NCBI GenBank assembly: GCA_050575255.1
Contig: JBNZDD010013721.1
Coordinates: forward strand, 4,765,196 to 4,829,195
From: Harriotta raleighana
Taxonomy: Eukaryota
Reading direction: 5' to 3'
Length of the DNA: 64,000 bases
Shown here: positions 28,901 through 40,900 of the stretch, piece by piece
Position numbering within the stretch: the first letter of the stretch is position 1
Layout: every line of letters begins with the position of its first letter
The notes under the pieces: generated by a model
Seen by the model: the letters and a program-made list of their open reading frames with translations, nothing else
What the model was told of the DNA's origin: nothing
Databases searched by the model: none
Program-made: the position numbers and the translations under genes

Positions 28901-31900
28901 GTGAGCAAGCACTTACCTCTGGGATAGAATGGTAACACGACTCTGCACTTTGAGGTAGCTGAAAGAGGAGAGAACAGAAACCGACATTAAAGAGGGAGAG
29001 AGGAGCACACAGCCCCTCACTGACTTTCCCACTCAAGGTCACTGATGACCAACCAGTGGGCCAATTTGTATTGTATCTCTCTGACTTCCTCACCCCCACC
29101 ATCCCCAATCCACAACCTGAAGTGTCTGCATGACTGGCACCGGCCTCCTCCTTATCCTTAGCACTCTTCACTCCATCATTCGAGGTCACACATTTAGTCA
29201 CTTTGAGAGAGCTGTCAGAGTGCCAGGCTGACACACAGCATCGAAGGAGGCCATTTGGACAATTGAGTGTAATTGAATGCCAGGTGACTTTACCTGTACA
29301 CAGTGTTGTCCTCCCGTGGAGTGATGTTCTCACTGTCTGTGAGGCTGAGAAAATCCTCGTGAAAGTAATGGAGTTGCAGTATACATGCCAGCAGGAAGGC
29401 TGAGGGCAGCAGGATTCTGGTGAAGAGCTCTGTTGTGTCATACTGTTCAAGGCCCATGTCATTCAGACTACAAACGGCAGGTAAACACAACAACAAATTA
29501 CATGCTTATCACAGCATTGGCACACCTCAAAGCAGTTGATGGAGTATACTGTAAAGTAGGGTGACTGCATCTTGTAGGCAAACGAGGCAGTAAATTACAC
29601 TCAGCAGTGCCCCACAAACAGCCATAGAGCAAGTGACCAATTTTATTTGGGAGGGATTGTTGGCCAGGGCACTGGGAGAGAGAAACTCCCTTCTCTTTTG
29701 GGATAGCAACAATTTCTGCACAGCAAGTTACCACAAACAGCCACAAATTGTTGGCCAGATGAATGGGAGAAACTCCTTTTCGAAAGGGGGCCACGAGATC
29801 TTTAACATCCAGCTGAACAGGCAGATGGGATCTTGGTTTAACATCTCATCCGAAGAACAAATTTTCATTTTAATTGATCCGTGTGAATGTAGTTTAACAT
29901 ATTCCTAACAAATCGGTTTTGATGCTTTCATTCAAATCCAACTCAGATAACTCACTGCACTTGACAGTGATCACATGTGAGGTGCTCTGCTGCTATTTTG
30001 ATGTGACAAGGTGACGTGAAAACTCAGAGATTGTTTACCATCTTGCCACCCTTTCCCTTAAAACACGAAGCAATCCAGGTGCATACGTACCTGTCCTGAG
30101 ATATTCCCATTATTTGCTGGAAGAGACCGGAGACGGTTTTAAACTGATAGGCGTAGATAGAGATAAGCACTCCCATTGAGTAAGAAACCACCGTGATCCA
30201 GAAATACTTCAGGATTCGTCGCCACCACTCATAATGTATCTGGAAACAGACAAGCAGGAGTGGGCTGAGTGAGCTCTATGCAAAGGCTGGTTAGAAATCC
30301 TCAAACTCCTTGAAATTTGATACTGCGCTTTCACTTAAAAGTTGTCTCAAAGTGATTTCACTGTAATTTTACTGTAAAGTGCAGTGACTGTGCACTTTGT
30401 AAGCGAATGCCTATGGAAGATATGTCAATAGGATCTGAATGTCTCACTTTTTAATCGTCTTCTGATATCTTCAATAGATTGTGATTGTTTGGCGCTGTAC
30501 AAACGTAATTTTCTTGTTGTTGTTATATCTCAGTTGGCAGTAAATCAGGAATCCACTTTACAATATTGAAGCTGTGAAGTACTTTGAGACATTTCAATGA
30601 CATGGTGACACTCTTTGTCCAATGCAAGGATTACTATTACTATTTATAAAGGAGGAATCTCATTAACATCAGTAAAGGGTGATGGTTGGTATTCCTTTAT
30701 GGTTGGTATACTTCCTATATTTAACCCCAATAACCCACACCACTATGTTGAGCACTTACCTGGTACAGGGCCACACAGAAGAGGAAAAGCACGATGTAAA
30801 GGATTTTATAGATCACCACTCTCCCATTGAAGCTAACAATGAAGAACATTGCACCACAGCAGTACATCCAGTACTTTACCAACAACCCCTTCACAAAGGA
30901 GCCCATTACTGTGATGAGCTCCCCTTCCTTCTGTGCGCTGTCTGCAGAGGAAGAGAAAAGGGGAATGAGTTTATCCTGAAGTTTTGAAGTGTTTGGATCT
31001 GCAATTCATAATGTTCAATGGGTGGAGCAGGGAAGCTTTGCTCTTCGAGGACTTTAGTCTGGGAGTATAAGTGCTAAGGTTACGTTCACTAGCTGTGGAG
31101 CGGTGGGCTTTAGTCTGACAGTGAATATTCCTTCAGTCAAGGGAAGGACAGAAGTATTAAAAATCAATGATGCTGTTGTGATACTTCATAACAGAAGCAA
31201 TTGCCATTATAGGAATCCAGCCAAAAAATGAGATGGTCATTCTATTCAAGACAGTTTGTGGGACACTGCTATGTACAATTGGCTGCTGCATTTCACCCAC
31301 AAAATATACAGTCAATCCACTTTACAATATATTCTGTGCAGCATTTTGAGACATCTCAACAATGTGATGATAAGATGCTAGATCAAATTGAAGGATTATT
31401 TATGATAGTGCCAGAGAGTCAAAATCCTAATAGGATAAATAGAGTGATTGACACAAAAGTTAAAATGGATGAAGGACGTACCATATGCACATTTTCTACA
31501 GTTTTTTCTCACCTGTCTCTTGCATGCTGACCTCACTGAGAGGTGGCTGTGTTCTCATTTCCTCCTTTTCAGTCAAGTACTGACGGAGTAACAGCCAGAA
31601 GACGAATGTATAAAAAATCTGTAATACAACATATGTAGAACATTCCAAACTGAAATTTTATCCAGGAGTCCTTCTCTCCCCCCTTCCTTCCCTCTCTCCC
31701 TCCTTCCGTCCCTCCCTCCTTCCGTCCCTCCTTTCAAGGCAAATCGCAAACATACATCTTTGACCATGAGTTTGGTCATTTATCCCCTTTAAATCCCCTC
31801 AGTACCCATCCCCAGTTTGGGGACTCACGGTAATAATAATAAACTAGGAACAAAACATTTGAGTTTTCAGCAATCGACAGTTGACGGACACTTTGCCAAG

Positions 31901-34900
31901 TGTTGAAGTTAAGATTAAAGTAACTCGAGTCATTAACATGCCGACTGTTACTTCTTACAGACCTTGGCTCCCAAATCCAAACAGGGTGCGTAGGACCTCT
32001 TCAGGTCAAAGTCAATGAGGACAGCATTGTTCACATCAGGGAACAGCTCAGCCTCACTCAGCTGTAAGCCAACAAAGAACTGCTGGGCAACAAGGAGGTT
32101 GCCATAGACCACCAGAAATGGAGAGCTCAGCTTTGCGTATCGCTGGCGGTCACGCAACATCCAAATAATACAAGACCAGATGAGCAGAGCGAAGGTCAGC
32201 CAGCTGTTGTAAGTGATGCTCCAGACCTGAGAAGAAATGGATTATTATTAATACAGATTCATAAACCAATTCTGATATGTGAACATCTGTGAATAGGATT
32301 CGGATTTTGGTACCATTGAGGGTGTTTGAGCCGGTATCAGTGAGACGCAGATCTGAGTTGCAAGTTATTGTGTTGATTGAGTTGCTTTTCACAATATTTT
32401 GGTGAGATTACACAGGAAGATTGAAATGGACAGAAGGAAAGAAACACAGAAACACTTACCATCATGATGATCAGGGCACAGATATAGCTTTGCTTCATGA
32501 TGAATTGGCCAATTATCACTAAGCTGCTGGGCTTGTCACTCCCAGCATCCTTCAAGATCTCTGACTCAGTGTAGTCCTCTGTGGGAAGCCAAAGGAAAGA
32601 GAAGGGAATGCATCATCCAATCTCATCCGTGGAGTACTTCTGTTTCCCATTGTTGCATCCTATATATATATAACACTGAGACTAAGGTACTCCCAATTGG
32701 CACTTGCCAACACCTCCACCTCTCAGATACTGGCAGCATCAACATCCAGGGATGCACACTCCACCTCACTAAGCCAGTCAGAAACCTGGGCGTCTTGTTC
32801 AATCCTCAACTGTCCTTTCTCCCCTATACCCATGCCATGACCCATTCTGCCATTCCCCACCTTTGCAACATCACCTGACTCTGCCACTGCCTCACACCTC
32901 GGGCCGCCGATATCCTTGCATTGAATGTTTCTCCAGATATAAATCCAACAGCTGAAATAACTCTCAGATGTGTTATGAGCACAATAGGAAACATTACTAC
33001 TCAATTACTAAGTGCGTTTCCTGCTACTTACCCATACTGTGTGTTACATCGGTAATCTTATCCAAGTGGGAGGGATGCTGAGGGTACATCGGAGCGGAGA
33101 ACATTTCTCCCGGCAGACAGTTATTGTTCCTCTGGGGCTTGTCGTGTGGAATGATGAGTTCTATTGTATTTCCACTTACAGGGTAAATCAATGGTTGCTG
33201 TGAATTAAATGTAATTTTAGAATCAAAGCACAATAAGCAGCCTTTAATAGCTGTACATTTCAAGAGTTGTACTGAAAATCTATCCATTAAACCTCAGCTT
33301 TAGGATTGAATATTGAAATGCAGATAATAATAATTCTTGCATTTTGATAATAGCACTGTCTCACGTTATTGAGACGTCTCAAAACATTTCACAGCATATA
33401 TTGCAAAGTGGATTGAATTTGTAATTTGTAGACGAAGCATGGCAGCCAATTGATCACAGCTGTGTCCTACATCGTAGAGAAGACATTTTGGTTCATCAAC
33501 TGACTCTTCTCTCACAACTTGTATAAAAATACCTGAACTTAGAACCCACTTGAAAAGACTAGCTGAAGGAGACGCTCTTAATATTAATAAAGACGCTTAT
33601 TTTACGTGAATAGTAATAATCCTTGCGTTGATATAGTGCCTTATTGTTGAAATGTCTCAAAGTACTTTACAGATTTATTGTAAAGTATTTATTTCTATGG
33701 TTCTGTGTCTGAGTTGCCACTGAAAGCAATCCATTGAATCCCATTTAGCTGCCTGCAAATTACTTGCTTTTAGGTATCTAACTGTTCCTTTTTGAAAGGT
33801 ATTGCTACTGCTGGTGAGATTATAAATTTCCAGATAAGGGAAATGAGCTCAGTTCAGTCACACTCTCACCTTTTTCCCATCTGTTTCCACAATCCATAAG
33901 TCTCTTTCTACATCACTATGTTTTGAAATGGAGTCTGCGCATTCAGGATCCTCGTCTGGGGGATCAACCAGCTGTGGATTAGGGGAGGATTTAATAGACA
34001 GATAAATTTTGTGCATAAAAGAACAACAACCTGGATTCCAGCTGATTCTGTCACAGCCAATCTGAGCCGCAGTTGTATAAAATGATGACAAACATCCCAC
34101 TACTGAACAACTTTTTCGCGTACAGTTAGAGTAAAAGTAGTAACCCTTTCATGCGATGCATTATTTTACCATGTTGGCAAAACATCTGAAAGAGTTTCAC
34201 AGGTGTCAGTGTGAAAGTGCAGTCACTGTGCATTTGTAGGCAAACGCAGCAGAGTCTGTGTCTGCTCCCTTTGAGGCGAGTGCACTAAACACTATGCTAC
34301 AGGACTCCACCTGTGGCCTTACCTGTGATTGAGTACTGAGCGCTAGGTGTCGGATGAGAGTGGCCAGGGTGTAATACAGCAGGAGCAGGCTGGTGAGGTT
34401 CAGGAGGACGGGCCAGGGTTGCGTCCCATGCGTCTGCAGTCTCCACGGCTCCGTGTCATTGGTGCTGATCAATGCTGACATGCCAAGCAACCTGTAGCCA
34501 GAGGCATTGGTCATGGACAACACAATCACAAGCCATCGTTCAAATTGGTTATAATAATAACTTTCAATCTTCTGATTCAGGGGCGAGAGTGCTACCATTA
34601 CGCCAAGCTAACATATCCTGTTGAGCATCTTCCTGACATGATTGCTATGGTGTAAAGGTAAATTGTGCACTGTAATTTGTATTGTATCGTATTCTCTCCA
34701 CAATGCTGGGATCTTACCTGGCAGCGAGGTGTTGGGGCGGCAGCACAGCCTGAATGGCATGGAGCTGGTACATGTAGAGGACAGTCATATGTGTCGCACT
34801 GATGATGGCCATGGTTACACACAGGCAGCAGAAGAAGGTCGCACTGAACGCCCGTCGGCAAGCCCACCAGGACCCCAGGCCCAGGAACGTGAGGAAGTAC

Positions 34901-37900
34901 ACAGCCGAGGTCAGGGAAGGGAGGGCGATACCTGGAGAGAACAAGGACTCACAGTCAGGGGCACAAAAGGATTTGTTTCTTTCCTCACTAAGAAGCATAT
35001 TGTGGTTACTGAGGGTGAAGGAGCACTTGTTCCCTCCTTAAAGTACGTGTAGAAGAGAATGGTCCTTATACATTTTTGTAAATGTCTCAATGATGTGATA
35101 AGGCACTATATCAAATGTAAGGATTATTATTATATATCACTATAATTATTAAAGCCTTTGCCTTTCTCTTGCCGAGGTCACTGACCTGCTAAACATAAGA
35201 GGAGCGTCACAAGAAGAGTCCCTGCTGTTGTCACCAAGGCTTCCACCATTTCTTTAAGGCCCAACATGACCAGTGTCACCTTCTCAGCAAAATTCGGCTT
35301 CTTTTCCTTTGGTTCTTCTGGCTCCTCCTCTTTATCTGCCTCATCATCTCCCTCCTCGCTCTCCTCCACCTCCTCCTCAGAGCTGATCTCAGATTCTTCA
35401 TCACATTCAGTGTCGTCCATCTCTTCCTGAGTGGCAGAAAAGTTCTATTTAAACCCGTGGAAAATATCTTATAAAGCATTTTTTTTCGGGGGAAGTGGGG
35501 AATGGGGGGTTCAGCCAGGTCTCTGGCACATGCGGAATCCATCACCGTGCTAAGAATTCCATGCATCCCACATGGAATTTCTATTCCTAGATGCATCCTA
35601 TCTAGGAATAGAAATGATTGTAATAATACTAATCAATTTTGCATTTGGCACAGTGACTTACCACATCACAGAGATGTCTCAAATCACTTCACAAGGGATA
35701 CAGTATACTGTAAAGTGAAGTGACTGTGTTTTGTTGGGGAAAGACGGCAGGCAGTTGGCCAAGATACTGGGAGAGAAACCCCCTTCTCTTTTCGAATAAG
35801 CGACATGGGATCCTTAACTGGTTAGTGGCTTCTATCTAAGTTGCTCAAATTTTTCAGCCTTTGCCTACGTACCTCTCCCTCTGGCTGATCCTGCGATGAC
35901 TTTCCTCGGTCTGGCTTTGACGCTAGTCTTCTGCACATGGTGAGAAATGCCAAGCTTCCAATCAGCACCCCGACATCCGGTGCGATCAGCCTGATGGCAT
36001 TCCCGGGATCTGCCTCACTCAGTCTGCGCAGACACAAACTTAGTTTTTAAAGGTAGCATTCAGCTTCAGCATTTCCGTACAGATCCCTTCACACCCTGGC
36101 ACCTCTCTATCTCTCCGACCTCCTTAATCCACATTCCACCATCCAACACCTTCTCTCATCTGGCTTTGGGTTCCTGCCTGTCCCTTGTCTTTTCCACTCC
36201 ACCATCGGTGGCAGTCTTTTCAGCCACTACGCCAAAATACTTTTGGAACTCTCTCGCTCATCCCCTCTGCCTGCCACCTCTTTTCCTAGTTTCAGAGCAC
36301 ACCTGAAGACCGTGCTTAGGGTCACCTTCCCTCACCTTGTTGTCGCGTCCCCCCACCCAGTTTTGCCCTGAGATACAGGAACCATCAATTAGTGTTCAAG
36401 GGGGCAGTAAACAGAGTATGTATTTTGCATGGTGACTTGCTGTCCAGGCTTACCGCATGACTCCAATGTGCCAGAGTGCTGTCTCCCAATCTGTTCCTGT
36501 CAGAAGAGATTTGAATAGATTAGATGATGAGATAGCATGTTGAGATGTTCATATGAATAAATGTTTGAAGGTGGCAAAACAGGTAGTTTAGAAAGATAGG
36601 CTTCATAAATAGGGGCTTAGAATACAAAAGTCAGGAAGTTATGATAAGCCTTCATAAAACACTGGTCAGGCCTCATCTAGAGTATGGCGTTCAGTCTGGG
36701 CACGACACTTTCGGAAGGATGTCAAAGCATTGGAGAAGGTGTAAAGGAGATTTGCCAGGATCTGAGGGACTTCAGTTATCTGGAAAAGGCTAGAGAAACC
36801 AGGATTATTCTCCTTGGAATAAAGAACATTACGATGAGTGATGAAAATTGTGAAGCGATTTGATAGGGTGAACAACGAGAAACTATTTCTACTGGCGGGT
36901 GGGTCAGTAACTCAAGAACACTGATTTAAAATAGTTGTTAAAAGAAACAGAGGGGAGGTCAGGAAATTTGTTTTCACACAGTGAGTTGTTCGGATCCAGA
37001 ATGCATTGCCTGAAAGATTGGTGGAAGCCAATTTGATAACAACTTTTAAGAGAGAAGTAGATAGTCATTTGGGGAGGACAGGTTTGCAGGGCTATGGGGA
37101 GAGAGCGGGGGAGTGGGATTGATTTGGACAGCTCTTTTCAAAGAACCGACACAGACACGATGGGCTGAATGGACTCCTTCTTTGCTGTACAATTGTATGA
37201 TTGCCTGTTATCCTACTGTCAGTCTGCAGTTCATTAATTGTTACAGTCAATTAGGGTTTCGCTGATTTTTGAAATTCACAATCTTATAAATCAACTTTAT
37301 AATTTTCAGATTTTTTCAATGTTTCATATTCTGTAAAATGAATCTACTGTATATTTTATGGGTGAAACTGTATATTTTTGGAGCCAATTATGCACAATGT
37401 CGTGGATTGAGTGACCAAATGATTATTATTCTTTTGGAGGGATTATTATCCACGGATTGCAATCGGCCAATCAACTAAAAAATGGGTTCCTACTTACTGT
37501 TAGGTAAACAGAGGTGTGTGAGTGCAGCAAGGGAACTTGCCTAAAGTTTTGCCCTGCCCAGGAATCGCGCCCGGTTCCTCTTGCTTGCCAAGGCAAGTGC
37601 TCTAACCACTGTGCTACAGGAATCCACAGGTAGCTTTGAGATATTCTCCCCGCTAAATGTAAACTGGATTGTGTTCCGTATGAGGAATAATAAAGTAAGT
37701 GATCACTAAATTCACTGTGAGGCAGGCATTGTCTTACCATTATTCGGGACATAGAGAAATGTTATTTGAAATCCCAGCTGCACCAATAAGAAGATGAAGC
37801 TGATCAGACAGAGAGCTTTGAGTAACCGTCCAGTGTGCCCTAAAATACAAGAACCATCCATTAATACTTAGTGGGGTTTATATTGTTGGTCTTGCTCAGC

Positions 37901-40900
37901 CCATTGCGCTTTTGTCTGTGAGACTGAGGAGAGCTGAGGAGTGTGCCTGGCTGAATAGCTCCTTCAAAGAACCAGCACAGGTATGATGAGCCAAATGGCC
38001 TCCTTCTGTACAGTACAATTCTATGAGTCTGCCTGATTTCTCCCAATGACTCTCCAAATAGCCTTGATCTCTGGGCTTATTGAATGTTTCGCTTGTGTAT
38101 TTAATATTGATTTTGTCTATGGCATTCATTTTGCGATAAAACCTTTAAAGTTCAACATCTGTAAGTAAGCAGTCTTTGAGGTCTGAACGAGGTACTTAAG
38201 AGCACATTTCACATTCTATTGAGCAAAAGAACCTCAATATATTTTGGCTCAGTGAATCTCCAAAAGATCTTCTTTCTAGAAGGCTCAAAGTGGAAAAATA
38301 TTTAATGAATGTTAAAATCCACCATTATCCACCACAAAATATACCCCAAATTGTACCCACAAAATAGTCAATTCACTTTATAGTATATTCTCTGCAGCAC
38401 TTTGAGACGTCTTGAAGACCTGATAAGACACTCTTTAACAACTGCAAGGATTATTATATTATTATTTAACATCCAATGTTTGAGTTACTTTTTACAGACA
38501 ACAATCCTTATCCTTTCTACCCCACATCTGTGCTATCACTTGCTCTGCCTTCCCCCCCACCTCCACAACATTGTCCAGCTCTGCTGTGTCTCACATCGCC
38601 GGCTGCCGAAACCCACATACACAAATCCATAACATCCAGGCTTGAGTATGCAAACTCCCTGCTTGTCTGCCTCCCCAATGCCTCCCTCCTTAGACTGCAG
38701 ATCATCCAGATCTCTGCAGCCAGTGTCCCCTCCAGACTCTGTGACCCTTCACACAGAGGATACTGTTCAAGATCCTGGTCCTCACCTTCAAAGCCCTCCA
38801 TGGTCTTGCTCCCCCTTATCTCAATGACTTCCTGTTAACCCCCACCAATGGCATTTACACATTTTGAGGTTTGTTGTTCAAGTGCTATAAAATATGAATT
38901 GCTGGATCAGATGGCTGGAACCTAGTTTTAACCATAGGACAGCACCACTGGCAGGGCTGCGCTCTCTCTTTCACAGCAGTGTGTGCCTGGATTATAACCC
39001 TCCACTGGTGGTGTGATACTTCCTAATGGACCTGATGTCTATGAGGCGAGGCTGCTGAACTAGACACTTTACGGTCTGTATTAATTGTAAAAGAGAATCG
39101 GCTAAGAGGTTTGTGTCACTTAGTGCAGCGAGAGGACGGAAAAGGTCGATAGGGTGCAGCATATTGACTGTCTTTGATGAAACAGCTTGACAACAGAATG
39201 GACAATTAAGGAAGGTTTTAATTGATAAATAGTTGAATGCGTTCCTTAACAGACAGTAGTATCTAACTCACTCAAAATCAACATGGTTCAACTTATAATG
39301 TAACGTGAGGCACAGACTTTCAAACTGCTTTATCTCAGAGGAGTTAATTAACCTTTTGCAAAATGAGAAATGATAGTAACCCTTGTATTTGAGAAACAGT
39401 AGTGCCTTTTCACACCTTTGAGACCTCTCAAAGCACTTTTGATTCAGAAGTCTTCAGATACAATCAGGACTCTTCTTGTTTGTCAAGAGTAAGCACAGCA
39501 GCCAGTCAATGTCATCCCACAACAGCTTTTCTTTTCAAATAGTACCAATCAATCTTTAACATCCACCTGAACAAGCAGGAGGGACCTCAGTTTAACATTT
39601 CATTTGAAGGACAGGTCTTATAATAATCCTTGCATTTGATATGGTGCATTTCATGTCTTCTAAATGTGTCAAAACGCTTCACAGAATATATATGAATTGA
39701 CTGTATATTTTGTGGGGGAAATACAACTACCCAATTGCGCACAAACAGTCTTAGATTGAAATGACCAATTTATTATTAGTGTTTGAGGGATTATTATCAG
39801 GCATGTGGAAACTTTCCCAAGGTTTTGTCCTGCCTGGAATCGAACCACTTGCAAGTGTTTTAACCACTGAGCTAAAGGACTCCACTGAGTTAAAGGGGTC
39901 TTATAAAGATAATACTTATGTAGATTTTACTATAGTTTTGACAATACTTTGTATAGACAGGATTATACTTCTCTCCCTCTTTCCTTCTCATTTAAATTGA
40001 ACATTAGGAACTATGATGAGCATGCTCGAACACATACTCGATGTGCGCAAAAATCGCAAGAGCTTGTGCATCATACCTGCTACATATTTAATGTCACTGT
40101 TTAACAAATATTAAATGCCCGATTATTCGATAGCATTGAACGGCATTGAGATTATCAATGTATATGTCTTGTGAACTACTGGTGAACTACAGGAATAATT
40201 AAACAGAAATACTTCTGTCAAATAGTCTGTCAGTCATAAAGCATAAATAATAATAAGAACAATCCTTGCATTTGATAAAGTACCTTTTCACATCTATCGG
40301 CGTCTCAAAGCGCTTCACAGAAAATATACTGTAAAGTGAATTGACTGTATTTGTGTGTATAGCAGTGTCCCACAAACAGACGTGGATTGAAATGACCAAT
40401 TTTTATTACAGTATTGTTTTTTTTTGACAGATTATTATTAGGCATGTGGAGTAAGGAAACTTGCCCAAGGTTTCGCCCTGATCTGCCTGGATTCGAACAC
40501 AGGTTTCACGCTTGTAAGGTGAGTGCTCTAACCACTGAACTACAGGAGCTCCACAGTTTGTTTCAGGATATCACGCAGCATGTCTTATTAAAAGTTATTT
40601 GGTTAGGACACATTAAAAATGAGCTCCTATTACTGAGGCACTTGTGATCATCACTAAAACAACAACAACAAAATCAACAACAAAATTACATTTATAGAGT
40701 GCCTTTCACGTCGGGAGGATGCATTACCTGACTGAAAGCGTGCTCTATGCTTGCAAGTTTTATTGTTGCTCTTGTTATTAATCACTGTTAAGATCTTGGT
40801 TCCCACCTCTTCGACTCTGCCTTTGATCATCTTCTCACCCAGTTGCCCTCCGCCCCACTTGATTCCAACCCCCAGCTCAGGTGCAAAACCTTGGATGTCC

